The position numbers and the translations under genes were made by a program. From an uncultured delta proteobacterium (GTDB lineage Bacteria > Desulfobacterota > Desulfobacteria > Desulfobacterales > QNYZ01), in the NCBI GenBank assembly GCA_963845145.1, contig CAWJQU010000015.1:32001-96000 (forward strand): a stretch of DNA of 64,000 bases, written 5' to 3'. Shown one piece after another: positions 60,773 through 64,000 of this stretch (positions are counted from its first letter, which is position 1; each line of letters starts with the position of its first letter). The notes under the pieces were generated by a model, which was given only the letters and a program-made list of their open reading frames with translations, searched no databases and had not been told where the DNA came from.

Positions 60773-61333
60773 TCAGCGCAACGACTGGTACCGTTTCGTC
60801 AGCTCTTCACGTGTGACGATGGCGGAAACCTCCGGAACCACTTTGCGGATATTGTCCAGCCCCCCTTCCTGACGATCCACCAAAACCACGGCTTTAACCA
60901 CGTGTAACCCTTCGGCTATCGACCGCTCGACAGCTTGAATGGTTGACCCGCCTGTGGTGGCGACATCGTCGATGATCACTACCGGATCACCCGGTTTCAA
61001 ATCCCCTTCAATCCATTTGGCTATGCCATGGTCTTTTTTGGTTTTTCGGATCGAAAATGCCTTAAGGGGTTTTTGTTTGAGTTCAGAAACAAAAGCCGTT
61101 GCCATGGCAATGGGGTCGGCGCCGAATGTCATTCCACCAACACCGGCCACATCAAGATCCTTAATGGCGTCGAATACGAGGTGGCCGACCAGATACATGC
61201 CACGAGGATGGAGGATGGTGGGCTTACAGTTGACGTAGTATTGGCTGCTACGACCGGAAACCAGCTTAAAGATGGCTTCATCGGCGTATTGGAAAGATTT
61301 TTCACATAACAGCTGAATAAGTTCCGCCTTCAT
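60773..61333 (-). CDS. pyrE: Orotate phosphoribosyltransferase
   Basis: [20 protein letters not shown] and PRPP-binding [12 protein letters not shown]. Confidence 0.95.
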   Translation of the reverse strand: MKAELIQLLCEKSFQYADEAIFKLVSGRSSQYYVNCKPTILHPRGMYLVGHLVFDAIKDLDVAGVGGMTFGADPIAMATAFVSELKQKPLKAFSIRKTKKDHGIAKWIEGDLKPGDPVVIIDDVATTGGSTIQAVERSIAEGLHVVKAVVLVDRQEGGLDNIRKVVPEVSAIVTREELTKRYQSLR

Positions 61334-61620
61334 TGATATATCTCCCTTGAAAAAAGAGTTCGCCAACATTTGAAAAGCCTCCATTGACCTGGAAGAAGCC
61401 GAATTGGAATTAATCAATGGAGGCCCCGGTCAAGGAAAACCAGGGGAGGCACTCCCCGACCCGGTGATTGCCTATCAATTAAAGCGGTGATGGTCAATAT
61501 GGTTTTCATATTCGCGTTTGCATAAGCAATAAAGATTGCTTAATGTGCGTAGAAGCGTTAGAAATAAAATTTTTTTGATTTATTTTAAAAACCATCGGCC
61601 CGATCGAAGGGAGAAATCAA

Positions 61621-62970
61621 ATGGCCAAGATCAAATTCGTTTCAAAAAAGGCGATCCTTTTTATCGTTTTCGCCATCGGGTTCTGGGCCCTTGGCGCCGG
61701 CTCCTATCATGGCTTGTCCGCTGCTGACAGTGAAACCTATAAAGGGTTGAAATTATTTTCAGAAGTCATCGAACTTGTGGAAAAAAACTATATCGATGAC
61801 GTGGATGCCAAAAAAATGATCGAGGATGCGATTCAGGGCTTGGTTCACGGCCTGGATCCCCACTCCACCCTGCTGACACCGGAAGAATTTAAAGAAATGC
61901 AAATCGATACCAAAGGCGAATTTACCGGTATCGGCATTCACATCAGTATGCGGGATGGCTTGATCACCGTCGTGGCTCCTATCGAAGGTACCCCTGCGCA
62001 CACGGCGGGTATCCTAAGCGGCGACCGAATCATTAAAGTCAACGGTGAAGCCGTCAAGGATCTGCGCGAAGCCGTCAATTTGATTCGTGGCCCTCAGGGC
62101 ACCGAAGTCGTGATATCCATCGTGCGCAAAAACGAGAAGGATCCCATTGATTATAATATCGTCCGCGATGTCATCCCTATTCAAAGTGTTCGCTCCCTGG
62201 AACTGCAGCCCGGGTACGGTTACATTCGGGTCACCAATTTCAGAGAAAACACGACCGAGGATCTTAAAGCCGCCCTGGAAACGCTTGACAAGGAGACCAC
62301 GCCCATAGTGGGACTGGTTCTGGATCTTAGGGATAACCCAGGCGGTTTGTTGAGCCAGGCAATCGATGTGGCTGACCTGTTTTTGGTCGACGGCAACATT
62401 CTTTCGATTAAGGGCCGCGAAGGAAAAAATACGCGGGAGTTCAAGGCCCGTTTGGACGGCCACGAAAAGCCATACCCTATCGTCGTGTTAATCAATGGCG
62501 GTAGCGCGAGTGCTTCAGAGATTGTGGCCGGGGCTCTGCAGGACCAGAAGCGGGCCCTGATTTTGGGGACAAATTCTTTCGGTAAAGGGTCTGTTCAGAA
62601 CTTAGAGCGCCTAATGGAGGGATACGGGTTGAAGCTGACGGTGGCCCGATACTATACCCCGAGCGGCCGTTCGATCCAGGCCAAAGGAATCAAGCCGGAT
62701 ATCGTGGTGGCCGAAGTCTCCCAATTGGCGGCCGCGACAGACCCGGAAAACCGCCGGCGACCCAAGGAAAAAGATCTGGAAAATCATCTTGATGCCGAAC
62801 CTGACAAAAAGGGAGAGAAGAAAAAAGAAGATTCCAGCGATAAAAAGCCATCCGGTGAAGCCGTTGATTTAAGAGTAGGGCCGCCCACAGCCGAAAAATT
62901 AAAGGCCGATAACCAGGTTATGCGCGCCCTGGAAATCCTGATTGGCCACAACCTTTTCTCCAAATCATAA
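61621..62970 (+). CDS. ctpA: S41 carboxyl-terminal processing protease
   Basis: LDPHS, PDZ GIGI, DLRDNPGG, SASASEI, FGKGSVQ and YYTPSGRSIQ. Confidence 0.95.
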   Translation: MAKIKFVSKKAILFIVFAIGFWALGAGSYHGLSAADSETYKGLKLFSEVIELVEKNYIDDVDAKKMIEDAIQGLVHGLDPHSTLLTPEEFKEMQIDTKGEFTGIGIHISMRDGLITVVAPIEGTPAHTAGILSGDRIIKVNGEAVKDLREAVNLIRGPQGTEVVISIVRKNEKDPIDYNIVRDVIPIQSVRSLELQPGYGYIRVTNFRENTTEDLKAALETLDKETTPIVGLVLDLRDNPGGLLSQAIDVADLFLVDGNILSIKGREGKNTREFKARLDGHEKPYPIVVLINGGSASASEIVAGALQDQKRALILGTNSFGKGSVQNLERLMEGYGLKLTVARYYTPSGRSIQAKGIKPDIVVAEVSQLAAATDPENRRRPKEKDLENHLDAEPDKKGEKKKEDSSDKKPSGEAVDLRVGPPTAEKLKADNQVMRALEILIGHNLFSKS

Positions 62971-63055
62971 ACCGATGAGCCACTTTCAAAACGTTTCAGT
63001 TTATACAAGGTCAATGATAGTGGCTCCGATGACGATCATATAACCGTTACCCATA

Positions 63056-64000
63056 ATGGCGCCCAAACGTAAACGGAAAAAAAAACAACCGGCCCGGTAT
63101 AAAACCCGATCGGCAAGAATACGACCCAAGCACTCACATCTGATCCGTTCCGTCCTCAGCCTGGTCATCTTACTGGTTTTGGTACTTGCGGCCGGTGTGA
63201 TGGCCCGGCATCTGCTTGATGGAAAAACGCCATTACAGCATGGCGTTTCCGCTTCCAACCCTCCGCAAATCAACCGCATAAATACGCCGGCGGAGACACC
63301 TCTTTTCCCGAAAATCAACCACATAAACATGTCTGCAGAGGCACCTCTTTTCGAAGTGTTTCCGAAAATAGAAGGATTACCTCTCGTTGATCTGCATAAG
63401 GACACCGAGCAAGATCGTGACCAGCCCTTGCGGCAAGAAAAAGATATTTTAATGGCCAGCAGGGTAGCGCCCGTCCCAGTGCCCACCAAACCGACGACAA
63501 AGCCGACGAAATCCGGTTTACCGAAAGTGGCCATCATCATCGATGATATCGGCTATGACCCCCGGGTTGTCGATCTTTTTTTATCCATTGATGTCCCTTT
63601 AACTTTTTCCGTTTTGCCGTTTTCACCCTTTCAAAAAAAAACGGCCAGAAAGATTCAAGCGCAACAGCATGAACTCATGCTGCACCTTCCCATGGAACCG
63701 GTCGAATACCCTAAAGTCAATCCCGGTCCTGGAGCACTATTGTCCGCCATGACATCAAGACAAATCACCAACCAGTTAATCCAGGCACTTGATACCATTC
63801 CTGGTGCCGTTGGCGTAAACAACCACATGGGCTCCCGACTGACGACCGACACAGACCACATGTACCGAATTCTGAAGATTCTCAAGAGAAGAGGATTGTA
63901 TTTCATCGACAGTCGAACATCTTACCAGTCCGTATCACGCGAACTCGCCCGCAGTCTCAAGCTGCCCTTTGCCCAACGAAGAATATTTCTAGATAATGAG
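63056..64000 (+). CDS. Divergent polysaccharide deacetylase (YibQ family), 3'-partial; absent from the ORF track
   Basis: ATG 63056, N-terminal TM, VAIIIDDIG, LHLPMEP, GVNNHMGS and FIDSRT. Usual neighbour of ctpA. Confidence 0.93.
   Translation, partial: MAPKRKRKKKQPARYKTRSARIRPKHSHLIRSVLSLVILLVLVLAAGVMARHLLDGKTPLQHGVSASNPPQINRINTPAETPLFPKINHINMSAEAPLFEVFPKIEGLPLVDLHKDTEQDRDQPLRQEKDILMASRVAPVPVPTKPTTKPTKSGLPKVAIIIDDIGYDPRVVDLFLSIDVPLTFSVLPFSPFQKKTARKIQAQQHELMLHLPMEPVEYPKVNPGPGALLSAMTSRQITNQLIQALDTIPGAVGVNNHMGSRLTTDTDHMYRILKILKRRGLYFIDSRTSYQSVSRELARSLKLPFAQRRIFLDNE

Noticed and set aside
63001..63540. Minus-strand 179-aa ORF and the many other antisense ORFs in the track
   Set aside because: They are shadows of well-supported genes on the opposite strand (here the deacetylase) and show no motifs.

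Overview
This 64-kb window looks like chromosome from a sulfate-reducing Desulfobacterota (Desulfobacterales-like), inferred from dsrC, the flx/hdr genes, ahbA and several sigma54 systems. From left to right it holds: a TRAP-GntR-SDR-E1alpha/beta catabolic cluster; a disrupted tex gene; two orphan secreted proteins (one Tat-like, one PEP-CTERM); a cupin-XRE regulator with an acyl-CoA dehydrogenase; and an M16 peptidase. Next is a ~22-kb minus-strand accessory locus (14.0-35.8 kb). It carries a sensor kinase, a sigma54 activator, a -24/-12 promoter, two CsgG-family proteins without curlin genes, two large secreted Cys-rich proteins sharing a near-identical 879-bp 3' end, another secreted protein and a TolC/MacAB-type exporter interrupted by a self-promoted AAA_14-DUF4143 gene. 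After some housekeeping genes comes an energy-metabolism operon (39.4-49.5 kb). In it, HdrA is split and a NuoE/NuoF/NuoG-N module sits inside its ferredoxin insertion, followed by mvhD/flxD, flxCBA and dsrC. Two in-frame UGA codons with SECIS-like hairpins indicate selenoproteins, one of them missed by the ORF track. The window ends with a putative redox-sensing sigma54 two-component locus, dnaJ, queD, pyrE, ctpA and a partial divergent polysaccharide deacetylase. Several single-base frameshifts (nuoF-like, queD, SH3 gene, tex) suggest imperfect, probably long-read, sequence. All family calls come from motif recognition by eye; no searches were run.
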